This document shows, piece by piece, positions 24,850 to 35,400 of a DNA stretch of 64,000 nucleotides (position 1 is the stretch's first letter; every line of letters starts with the position of its first letter). Source of the stretch: Amphiscolops sp. MND2022 (lineage: Eukaryota); the NCBI GenBank assembly GCA_964187785.1, contig OZ076409.1, positions 95,916,001 to 95,980,000 on the forward strand, read 5' to 3'. Under the pieces are notes generated by a model, which saw only the letters and a program-made list of their open reading frames with translations, ran no database searches and was not told where the DNA came from. Made by a program: the position numbers and the translations under genes.

Positions 24850-27800
24850 TTATTGGGCTGAGCTGCGTCGAGCTCGATTCTTTATGGCATCATCGGGAGT
24901 TCCTGGATTGCTGGCATCTTCCGACGCAACTGACGCTCTACGTCGAGCAGGAACCACAGTAACTACTGTTTCCGAGTCTGACAGGTCCTCTGGGAGCGTT
25001 AAATCGGCGATTGGCTGCACCAGGATAGTGCTGGGGGTCAGTTCAGCGTCGTGTTCTCCGGTCTGGGGTTGCGATGACTGAGGACTGGCCTGTGTCGATG
25101 GTGGACTCACAGGCTCTGGCTGCAGAATATGAGTGGGCAAATCCAGAGTCACGGGCCGGTCGATGGGCTGACTTAGTGACATGGCCATTGTGGGTGCCAG
25201 CATGGTAGGCGCGAACGCCTGTTGTCTCTCGAGTTCAGCTCTACTCTCCACGGCCAAGGATATCCGCTTGGAGACCCAGCCAGGCTGACTCCAGAGCTCG
25301 CAAGCTCGCTTCCATTTGGGGAAGCTGGCAATCTCCAGCTCCAAACAATGTCCTTCCCACTCTGCGCGGGCTTCGGAGCCTAGCACAGAATTAATCTCAT
25401 CGTGTTGGACGATGGACATATCCCCTGACATTGTCATCTTGGCCTGCGGTCGCCAGGCAGCTTTTCTTGGGAACGGAGTCACGCGGCTCTGCAGGTTCCT
25501 CTGACGAGTCTGAGCTGCTCCTTCAATCCAGTTTGGGATTTGAGCCAATTCCATATACTGGATTTGTCGATTGAAAGCTTCAGGGGCGCGACCAACGGGT
25601 TTTGCTCTAGGCCATCCCAGTGGCTCCTTCCAGTAGTGATTTGGGAAGGTGATGCATTTGAAGGCGTACAGGGGATCTACTGGTGGACCAGCACTAGTGC
25701 TGGCACGGATCACCTTGCGTATGAACTCCTGCCACCAAGGGAATCTAAAGGGGACTCCATTCAGGCTGAGAGGTGCGGAGTACCAGTTGACTGGGCCGTA
25801 TTCTCGTGGCAAAGGGCACGCTTTTCGTGTGCGGGCACGCAACAGACCCATCAAATTCTCTTCTAGTTGTTTCTCCGACTTCAAGGTGGTGTACCCGTGC
25901 GGCATCTCGCCACTCAATACAGCCTGCACGATTCGCTGATAGGTCAGTGGGGGGCGTCCTTGGAGATAGGTGCAGAAGGAGACCATATGCACCTGTACTG
26001 CTCTCGCCAGTGGTTTGGTGGGATAACGGCACACACCGACCGCACCGAAGATTGGAGCCAGGACGGAAGCCATAACGGCCACGAAGTCCTCCACTTCGGC
26101 CAGAGTCAAATCGGCGATTTGCTGAGGCATGGGGAATCCCGCCGTTTCCGCAGGGAGTTGACGCTCGGAATGGTGGAGGGGTTGCGATTGATCCACGCCT
26201 ACGAACAAGCCAGAGGCGAACACTAGGGTGGAGTACAACCAATGTTGGAGGGACGCACGCATGCGTTCCAGCTGGGTGACATAATCTTGCTGGTCCTTGG
26301 AATTTAGGAGGTGGCCCCATCGAGTTAGGCTGCGTAGTTGTCCCTGCGCGAGGATCAGGTAGCTGTAAAAGGTGACTAGATCACTGGACACTACCAACTC
26401 GACTAACATAGCAAGGGGACCTGCCACAAACTTCGTCGGGCCCATGGCTAGCGCGAGCGCTAACATCTCTCCTACAGTAGCTTCGCCGATGGTTTCCAAC
26501 AATTTGTCGGTCTGCACATTGGTGAGCAAGTACTCAGAGGCTATTACGTCGATGTTCCAGCCTAGTCCGAGACTGGTACAAAAGGCTTCCAAGGGACAGT
26601 TAAGCTCTTGAGCTACCTCGGCCAGGGTCCTGTCCACGAATCTGGACTGATACCATTCGGCATACGTTATTCCGGCGGCATCTACTTCAGCCTTCAAGTT
26701 GGTCGCCTCTATAGCCACGACGTACCTCATGCCCACGGGCAACTTGACGGGTTCTATTCCCGCGGCAAACCGAATTTGGGGAATGGTCCTTTCGACCGTG
26801 CGTGTGGCAGGCCAGGTTTCAATTTCCTTCACGAGCTCTGCCAGCTCTGCTCGTACGGGAATTTCTTTGTCCTTCCGCACCAACCAGTTGTATCGTCGGA
26901 CGGCCTCTCGTTCACTCATGTTGGATGCTCGCATGACGCGATTCCCGTCCAAGTCGAAGGCCATTCGCCCCATACACATTCCATGATCGAACAGTATGGC
27001 GTCGTCGATAGTCAGTTGTGCATTTCCTGATCGTTCCACAGCGATCAACACTCTCGACACGGCAGCAAAGAAGGCGGGGTATGACAATGCATCGGGGCGT
27101 AGGTCTCCTCGATCAACCCGCAGATTTGGCGCGCAAATAGCAAACTCGATTCGGCGCGCTTTGCATACCTCAGACAGGATGTACACAAATTGCTGCAAGC
27201 TTCGTTGCCAATACATGAATCCCGGCGGGGATGCGAAGAGCGCGAGCGCTCCCAGACGACCCCGAAGGATCCCTGCTGCACGCTCCATTGCGTCTGCAAC
27301 CACGTTTACTAAGGACGCCACACTCCCAGGTCTACGGGTATCTGCCATGAGGGCATCCAGGTTGCGTAGCAGTCCTTCACAAGCCATGTGGTCGATCAGA
27401 TTGGTGAAGACTACACGTCGCGGGGGCGGCTCTCTTAGGGACCCTCTCAGGTTAGGGTCGTACATGACCGCGACCATCTCTGCGACCTCAGCGAAGCGGG
27501 AGAGTGGCATTGTTAATACCAGCACATCGGGCAGAAGGTTGTCGATGGGGAGATCACTCTTGAGTGTCGAATCTACTGCCACACAATAGCGCGCACGCTG
27601 CAGAGCTGCTTTCAAGAGGGGCTTCATTGACTTGATATTGCGAGCGTAGCGGGCGTTTGCTTCCCAGGTTTCTCCTTCGTGCAACATGTACCTAGCGGGA
27701 AATTGCTCGGTGAGGTCATGCTGCAGGCGAGCCATATAGTTGTTGGGTGTCGCGGGCAGTTGCTCTCGAGCACCCTGTTCCCAGGCTTGCTCACTCAAGT

Positions 27801-29130
27801 CCGCATCACGGGCACGTAGCGACCGAGTTATCTGAGCCGCAATGGTGATTCTGCTCACTTCTCTCTGCTCGGCGTCAGACGGCGGTGCTCTCCTTCTAAC
27901 CGCACATGTGCTCGGGTACAAACACTCTGCCGCCATCCAGATGCGTTTGCTATCGCCAGTCACCACGGTGCCGGATACATCATCGGACGGGGGAAGAAAG
28001 GCGGGCGGACTGGTCTCATCGATTGTCTCGGGCACCTCCAGGGACATGTTGGCAGAGCCTGTGCCCGAGGGCACAGGACTCGTTTCAGGATTCGCATCCA
28101 CACTGCCGTAGCGGTTGATGGCCTCTTCCAGGGACTTCTGAGGCGCGCCTACGCCTAGGTGGCCGACGCGATATGGAGGCCTCACGACCACCACACTTTT
28201 CATCTGCGACTGGAGGGGTACATCTGCTCGCTTGTCCGGAGGGGGACGACTGGTCGGACTGTCGGTCACGGAATCATGGCGTGAAGCGACGATGTTTTCC
28301 TCAGTAAGTCGCTTCCGGCCAGTTTCCTCACGGGGATAGGTCATGGCGCTGGTGCTTGGTCCAGCCGTAGTTTCTGCTTCCATAGACACAGCTTCGGCTA
28401 GGGTGGTGGGTGGGGTGACGCAGCCCGAGGGCTGAGCTGCGGCTTGCAAGTAATGTGCCAATCCGGGAATCCTTTGCTCAACTGCACGAACGAAGTCAGA
28501 GGAGTTGGGGTAGTTGGCGACAGCCTGCAGGGCCACAATCACCGCTTGCTCGCTGGCACTCCGTCCGATCAGATTTAGATTAGGCACTGCTGGCGGTTGG
28601 GACCCCGAGGGCTCCCGACTTGAGGCTGGTTGATTGGTAATGTTCTGCGTCGTCGTTACCCGGGTTCCATATGGTGCCCCATAAGCAATCGAGCTAGAAT
28701 GCGGCGTCGTCTGCACTGAATTTGGTGCCGCAATGGAAGGCAGCGATGGGACGTTAACGGGCATCATACGCAGTGATGTTTCTTGTTCGAATCTGGTGCC
28801 CTGGCTGGGGCCATGCACTGCGATTGATCTTTCGTCCAAGAACTGGTGAGTCAGGTCGTGCCCATCCCAGGCATTGTTGGTGCACGTCAAGGTGCGACGA
28901 TAGCTTGCCACCTCCGTGGTGATTGACAAAGATGCATTTGGCAGCATTTGCATCGATTCAAGCTGAGTCAGTAGGGCGGCCACCCCAGCTACGGCTACTG
29001 GCGAAAGACCGTCCCGCAGCTTTTCTTCGACATATTGGGCCTGATTGACCCTCTGCGCTCGCGCAGATTCCTGGGGCCTTGCACTATTAGACCCTGTTGC
29101 AGGCGCTGAATTGTTTGGGCAATGGGCCAT
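24850..29130 (-). CDS. Element A ORF3, 1426 aa: disordered N-terminus, SGNH/GDSL-like domain, large helical domain; not Env-like
   Basis: Uninterrupted 4.3-kb ORF between pol and the 3' LTR; ~750-aa core clearly homologous to the 60721-64000 ORF. Confidence 0.9.
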   Translation of the reverse strand: MAHCPNNSAPATGSNSARPQESARAQRVNQAQYVEEKLRDGLSPVAVAGVAALLTQLESMQMLPNASLSITTEVASYRRTLTCTNNAWDGHDLTHQFLDERSIAVHGPSQGTRFEQETSLRMMPVNVPSLPSIAAPNSVQTTPHSSSIAYGAPYGTRVTTTQNITNQPASSREPSGSQPPAVPNLNLIGRSASEQAVIVALQAVANYPNSSDFVRAVEQRIPGLAHYLQAAAQPSGCVTPPTTLAEAVSMEAETTAGPSTSAMTYPREETGRKRLTEENIVASRHDSVTDSPTSRPPPDKRADVPLQSQMKSVVVVRPPYRVGHLGVGAPQKSLEEAINRYGSVDANPETSPVPSGTGSANMSLEVPETIDETSPPAFLPPSDDVSGTVVTGDSKRIWMAAECLYPSTCAVRRRAPPSDAEQREVSRITIAAQITRSLRARDADLSEQAWEQGAREQLPATPNNYMARLQHDLTEQFPARYMLHEGETWEANARYARNIKSMKPLLKAALQRARYCVAVDSTLKSDLPIDNLLPDVLVLTMPLSRFAEVAEMVAVMYDPNLRGSLREPPPRRVVFTNLIDHMACEGLLRNLDALMADTRRPGSVASLVNVVADAMERAAGILRGRLGALALFASPPGFMYWQRSLQQFVYILSEVCKARRIEFAICAPNLRVDRGDLRPDALSYPAFFAAVSRVLIAVERSGNAQLTIDDAILFDHGMCMGRMAFDLDGNRVMRASNMSEREAVRRYNWLVRKDKEIPVRAELAELVKEIETWPATRTVERTIPQIRFAAGIEPVKLPVGMRYVVAIEATNLKAEVDAAGITYAEWYQSRFVDRTLAEVAQELNCPLEAFCTSLGLGWNIDVIASEYLLTNVQTDKLLETIGEATVGEMLALALAMGPTKFVAGPLAMLVELVVSSDLVTFYSYLILAQGQLRSLTRWGHLLNSKDQQDYVTQLERMRASLQHWLYSTLVFASGLFVGVDQSQPLHHSERQLPAETAGFPMPQQIADLTLAEVEDFVAVMASVLAPIFGAVGVCRYPTKPLARAVQVHMVSFCTYLQGRPPLTYQRIVQAVLSGEMPHGYTTLKSEKQLEENLMGLLRARTRKACPLPREYGPVNWYSAPLSLNGVPFRFPWWQEFIRKVIRASTSAGPPVDPLYAFKCITFPNHYWKEPLGWPRAKPVGRAPEAFNRQIQYMELAQIPNWIEGAAQTRQRNLQSRVTPFPRKAAWRPQAKMTMSGDMSIVQHDEINSVLGSEARAEWEGHCLELEIASFPKWKRACELWSQPGWVSKRISLAVESRAELERQQAFAPTMLAPTMAMSLSQPIDRPVTLDLPTHILQPEPVSPPSTQASPQSSQPQTGEHDAELTPSTILVQPIADLTLPEDLSDSETVVTVVPARRRASVASEDASNPGTPDDAIKNRARRSSAQ

Positions 29131-29425
29131 TAATGCATAGGTCTAAAAAGGACCACTGTTAGACTTACAGGTACAAGTTCTCTCTGGAACGAGCCGTGAG
29201 TCGGTTCGTCCTTCAATTGCAGCCAGGCAACATCGGCTCCGTAAGGGGGCCACTACAAACTTAAAATCTAACTCTAACTAACTAACGAACTAGAACAAAA
29301 CCCTTTAGTGAACAACATGACAAATTAACATCTCGAGAGCATTTCAAGGCTCTTCCAAGGTTGTTACAAGAACTGTTGCAAGAACTGAGGGCAAAGGAAA
29401 AATGGGGACAACTAAAATGAAAAGG

Positions 29426-32400
29426 CTACTTCAGCCCTATAGTTAATATTGATACATATACGCGGCTATGCAAAACCACGTGAATACCAGTACCCTCGAA
29501 CATGTTCGTTAGAGTATGGTACAGATTGACCAACGAGAAAGCCGGTCTCTCGGGATCCAGAATGGGTAGGTGGACCCGTGTGGATCCTTTATCTATCAGG
29601 CGCTGTATCAAGTACGTCATGCAACGCAAGTAGTCATCTGTCAGCAGCGGTGCGCGCTGGTTAGCACGGACTATCAACAGGTGAATACTTTGGTTAGGGT
29701 TGGGGTTCACATCGGGCGGGATAGTGAGAATCTCGCCCACTTTAGGTCGTAAGGCAAATACATCTTCCATGCCGCACTCCCGCAGCACATATCGCAGGGC
29801 GGCAGAGTTGGTCTTTAGGTCAGCAGGGCATGCTAACACTATGTCGCCTTCGGCCTGCAAGAAATCGGATTCATCGTAAGAGACGTGTTCGGCTGAATTC
29901 GGATACAGGGCTCCCGGGTAAACAATCTCTCGTCCGGGGCCATTATCGGAGGGCAGACACACGCGATGCGTACGCCCTTGGACTGCAGCCAGGTCTTGCC
30001 ACACTGAGCGGGGCATCGCTCGATTGTCGCTGCCGGCCTTTACCCACGCATCTAAAGTTCCCAGGGCGGCTTTGGGGAACAAGGGGATCTCGAAGGTGTG
30101 AGTCCACTCATCTAATAGTCGAATTCTGGGATAGGTGGCGAAACATGTGATTATTAGTTCCAGCCACCACGCGAACTTCATCTTGCCTCGGTACCAGTCT
30201 ATGATATGGAAGCAAAGTATTAAGTCCACTGTGGTGAGGGTCCTCAGACTCTCTAGACAGGATAACAGATTCAACGGTTCCACCAGCGCCTCCACTCGTG
30301 GAGCTGTTACCAGCAGCCACCAGTGAGGAGCCGGGCTGTATACCCCTCCTGGTTCCACCTGGACTCCATACTTGTCGCATAACAAGTCAGCAGTGATGCA
30401 TCGGACCATCTGCACAGGTTCCCTTTCAAAATTGAATGGTCCAAACGCAATATTACTAGGCACGGGGGGCAACACCGTGGGCAGGGTAAACTCCAGGCCC
30501 TTTCCATCGCTAGTCCACTCCTTAAACCTAGGACAAGGGGCCTTCGCTACCCCAGGCAGTGACAACTTCTCCAGGATAGTGTCCACAGGGTGGTCTCCGG
30601 ACCGCTCTACAGCTGAGTAGGTTTTCTCGGCCCGCACCGTGAGGCGATACACCAAGTTTTCTCTCTCTTCCGGAGGAACTCCCCGGGCTCCAATGGGAAC
30701 CCTCCGGTTCTCATTCACAGCTAATAGGCAGACACAATCTCGCAGCCCGCAGGTTCCACACTTGTAGCGCGGCTGTCGTTTACTCCTTAGTTGATACCTA
30801 AGAGCAGTTGCAGATGCTTCTGTTAGCGTCTCTGCAGTTCTGGGAGCTTCCGTTTCGGCCTGGATCGCAGTTTCAGTTTCGGCATTTCTCGGTGTTTCTT
30901 TCTTCCTCGTCCTTGCCTTCGCTCGGATCAGCCGTTTCTTCTGTGCCTTGGGTGGTCTCCCCCTCCCCCTTCTAAAAGAAGGAGCGGTCCCCGCTCCTGG
31001 CGAAGTCTCGGGAGCATCAGGCAGATCGGGCTGAACGTTGCTGTCGCTGCTGGCAGATTTGAGGGGAATCGGAGGGGCGGTCGGCCATATGGGATAGTTA
31101 CTAAGAAAGTTGGTTAGCGAGGGATTCGTCAACAAGGATGCTGAGGTTCCTGGTAACGATGTCTCTTCTTCGGAGGATATCTGTGGAGACGGTGAGCGCA
31201 CGCGCTCATGGTCAGAGAACAGTTGGGGTAGTACACGGGCAGGGGATATCGACTGATCCAACGTAGTCGGAGGAGCCGCAGGCTCCACCATATCCTCGTC
31301 AACGGGATTAGGAGGTATTGGCAACATGGCATCGGATAGTTCGTCGTCTGTACCCGAGGTGGAATAGTCAAATTGCTGATAATGCGGGCGGGAGCCGCCT
31401 GCGCGAAGTTTCGTGCGTAGTCGAGTGTCCATCCAGTGACGTCGACGTGAGGGCAAAGATGCATCGGACGCCTCTGAAAGTAGTTGTTCGGGTTTATACG
31501 ACGATAAAGACTGATCGTCATCAACTACGTCGACGGAACGTTCAGGTTCGGGGTCCATAAGGACCACCACCTCACCACTGTCCGAGTGTGCAGTAGCAAG
31601 TTCAAGTGGGCCACTGTGGTGCGGTTTAAGACGCTCAAAATGAACCTTTTGACCTGTGTCTAGTACATAGACACGACCGTCCTGAAAGACTTGTACCACC
31701 TTGTGCGGGCCTCGCCAAGCACGCATCAATTTCGGGGAACCCTTTTGCGGTACGTAGCGGCAAAAAACCCAGACGAGCTCGCCTACTTGGTAAGCTCGCG
31801 CTTGTATAGCACGGTCGTACTTCAACTTTTGACGCAATTGGGCTTGGTGCGTGTTACGCCGTACCAGGTCATGTATTTCCTGTTGGCGAGCCAATACATG
31901 ATCGACATACGCCTCATGCGACTCGAATGATTTGGCTGCAAACTCGGGATATAAGAACGTGAGAGGGATGGCCTTCTCTACGCCACGGGTCAGCATGTAG
32001 GGTGAGAAGCCAGTGGTGGCGTGCCTCGTAGAGTTGTAGGCACCCATGACCTCATCAAGACATTGGTCCCAATCGCGCATACGGCGGGAACAAAAAACTC
32101 GCAGTAGGGTTAGCAGCGTCCGATTTTGGCGCTCGACCAAGCCTTGGGTTCTCGGATGGCTAGCCGTAGAGGTTACTTTGGTAACGTGGGCTGCTTTTAG
32201 GAATTCGTTGGACACCTCGGCAGTCAAATTAGGGGCATTGTCAGACTGCATCCTAGTGGGTGTGCCATGACGGGCGAACCACTTTTGTAACAGCAACCGA
32301 GAGGTAGTCACAGCGTCGTAGTCATGATGACTACAGGGCACTGCTTCCGCGAACTTGGAGAAATGGTCAATTATGACCAAGATGCCAGTGTTATTACTGT

Positions 32401-35400
32401 CTGAGGGGCAGATCTTCAGATGATCATATTGGACCAATTCGTTGAAGTATCCGCTTTGGATGTTCTTTAGGTGGAATCGGACGTCACCAGGCTTATCTCG
32501 AACTTGTTGACAGGTGAGGCATTGGCCAACGTAACGGCCCACGCTGCGCCGAATACCAGGCCATGTGTGACGTTCTTGAATCCTAGCCACCACTTTGGAG
32601 ATACCTTGATGTCCCATGGCGTCATGCGCGCGGAATAAAATCTCATGCTGGTACAGTTGTGGCATGACGATCATGCACGGACGTTCGTGCAGGGGACGTT
32701 GGTTGGGAGGGTATTGTACGCAAAGTACACCATTCTTGTTGATAAACAGGAGGGTTTTCTTCTGGCGGTAGTAGTTGCGTGCGAACTCACGCACGTTCTC
32801 GGGAAACACGTCATGATCGATAGATTCGTTCAGCACCAACTTTTTGAGTGCTAGCACATGAACATCACGGTTTTGGGCTAGAATCAAATCTTTGATACCA
32901 TGCACGGTGTGAGCATGTTCGTGAAGTTCAGTGTTGATATCTTTAAGAGCCATAATTGAGTCGCGCACACCCGAGGGAGTACCTTGCAACGCAACAGGAT
33001 TCGCCCCAGCAATAGCATAGACGGTACGCGAGGGTACATTTACGGCATGCGTTGGTAATAGATAATCTTCGCGTGCTTCATCAGTCACATCAATCCAGTC
33101 CTCAGGGTAGTCTGGATAGGCATCCTCGTGTGGTTGCAGAGCAAGGGAAGGCGGAGGTGGCAAAGGGGCTGCGAATGCTTTTGCTTGTCTGTCCCTCCTG
33201 CTCGCTCGTTTGGTGCGGCGAAGCACGCGTAGCAATTGGTTGGGAGCCTTAGGCTCCAAGTTCTGCAGGTGCGCAGGTAACTCGGGATGATTCGGGATGA
33301 CTCGACCCTGAAGGTCGAACCATGGGGCAACAGGTAGTTTATCAAATTCGTCAGCTGAAAGAAAGTTCCAGCGTTCGCCCGCAGCTGGCTGCTGTGCAAG
33401 CTGTTTTTCGCGGCATCGGTACTCGTTGGTTCGTTTGCTCAAGCCATCGGCGTTTCGATGTTGGGTCCTCGGGCGGTGTTCCACGCGAAAGTGATATTTC
33501 TCCAGGGTCATAATCCATCGGCCGATTAGCGCTTGATCCGTGGAGTAGGTTTTCAACCAGGACAAAGCTTGGTTGTCCACCCGCAGGGTGAATTTCCGGG
33601 GACATAGATAGCTGTGGTTCTTCACTATGAAATAGTAGGCGGCGAACATTTCAAGTTTGGGGGCTCCGTATTTGGCTTGTGTGGTGGTGAGCTTCTTGCT
33701 ACCGTAAACTATCGGTCTCAGGCGTCGCTCACCCGGAGGACCTTGCCACTGGTGCAGAATACCCGAAATGGCGACAGCACTAGCGTCAGTGTCCAACACA
33801 AACTCTCCTTCGGAATCAGGCTGCGCGAGCGCAGTTGCCTCGATTAGGGCTTTTTTGATCTCATTGAATGCGGTTTGTTGCTCAGGACCCCAGGCGAAGG
33901 TGGCATTCAGTCCAGTGACGGCGTGCAGGGGTGCAACCAGCTTAGCGTGCCAAGGAATGAATTCGCGATAATAGTTGGCGAATCCAAGGAAACTCTGCAT
34001 CTCCGTCTTGTTACGGGGAATTTCCCAATCGCGCAACTTGACGACGGCTTTTGGGTCGGGCTTCACTCCTTCTGCGGACACCACTCGTCCCAAATACTTG
34101 ATCTCCGATTTCATGAAATCGCATTTGGCCACGCGCATTTTGAAACCGGCTTCACGGAGACATTCAAAGTTTTCACGTAGGCGTACCATATGGTCTTCCA
34201 CAGTCTCCGTGGCAATCACGATATCATCAATGTAGGCCATGACCATGCTGCCCTCACGATTGACAATATTCCTTAGCGCACGCGCTATTGACCGCTGAAA
34301 CGTGGCAGATGCATTGCACATACCAAATGGCATTCGCCGCCACTCAAAAAGTCCTAGTTCACAAGCAAAAGCGGTTTTGTGGCGATCCGCTTTTCGCACG
34401 GGGATTTGCCAAAAGGCCCAAGCAAGGTCTATGCTGGTATAGATCTTTGGTTTGCCTAGCCGTGCCAGGCTTTCATCAATGCGGGGCAAGGGATAAGCAT
34501 CCTTAATGGTTACCTCATTTAACGGGCGGAAGTCGCAGCAAAAGCGCAACTCCCCGTTTTTCTTCTTCACCATTACAATGCCGCTCGCCCAGGGGGACAG
34601 CGAGGGCTGTATCATTCCCAGAGCTAAGAGGTTCCGTACCTCCTGATTGGCACGTTCGGCCTTCTCAGGGGACATCCGGCGAGCACCTTCGCGATGCGGT
34701 ACAGCCCCTGGTTCCACCTCCACGGTGTGCTTAGCGATAGTGCACCGACCGATGTCTGCTTTGTGTTTCATGAACAGCTCATCGAATTCATCGAGGAGGT
34801 TACGGAGAGACTCGCAGGCGCTAGCGCCCCACAAATCCTTGACCGCCTTGAGCTGAGATTCCGGCCCAGGAATCGGAGCCATTAGCTCTGGGTCCGTTCG
34901 TTTGCGAATCTCGCGCTCCGATAGTCCTGCCTCGCTAGGGTCAGTAGAGGACAAAAACTCAAATTCGGAAGAAGAGGTTAACTCAGAAGCAGTGGATAGA
35001 TTCACTTCACTATAAATTTTATGAACAAAATTTGCACGACTGTCGTCGGCGTCAGTTTTTGTGCGGGTTGTAGTGGAAGAGTCCAAACATTGAGGTACTG
35101 CTTGGTATACTACCGTTACGGGTACTACGGTGCCCAGTTGTACACCACACCGCATGCGTTGAGGGTTGCTGGTGAGATTTATCAGGCTCACAAAGAGTGT
35201 TCCTGTCTCACTGACAGTGGCCACGCTGTCCTCTAAAAAGACGACATTGTGCAACGTAGTGTCAGACAAAGAGGCATTGAGCGCTACGCTTTGAAAAATC
35301 AGCGGCTCTAGTGTGTTGGTGACGAGCTTGGCTCTAGCCACCGCTCGTTCGAAAGGTTGCAGGACCAAGTCACTGTCCAAAACGACTGGAGTAGCTATTG

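Noticed and set aside
24850..29130. ORF3 as a retroviral env gene
   Set aside because: No signal peptide or C-terminal membrane anchor pattern, and no recognisable fusion-protein motifs; both termini look disordered.
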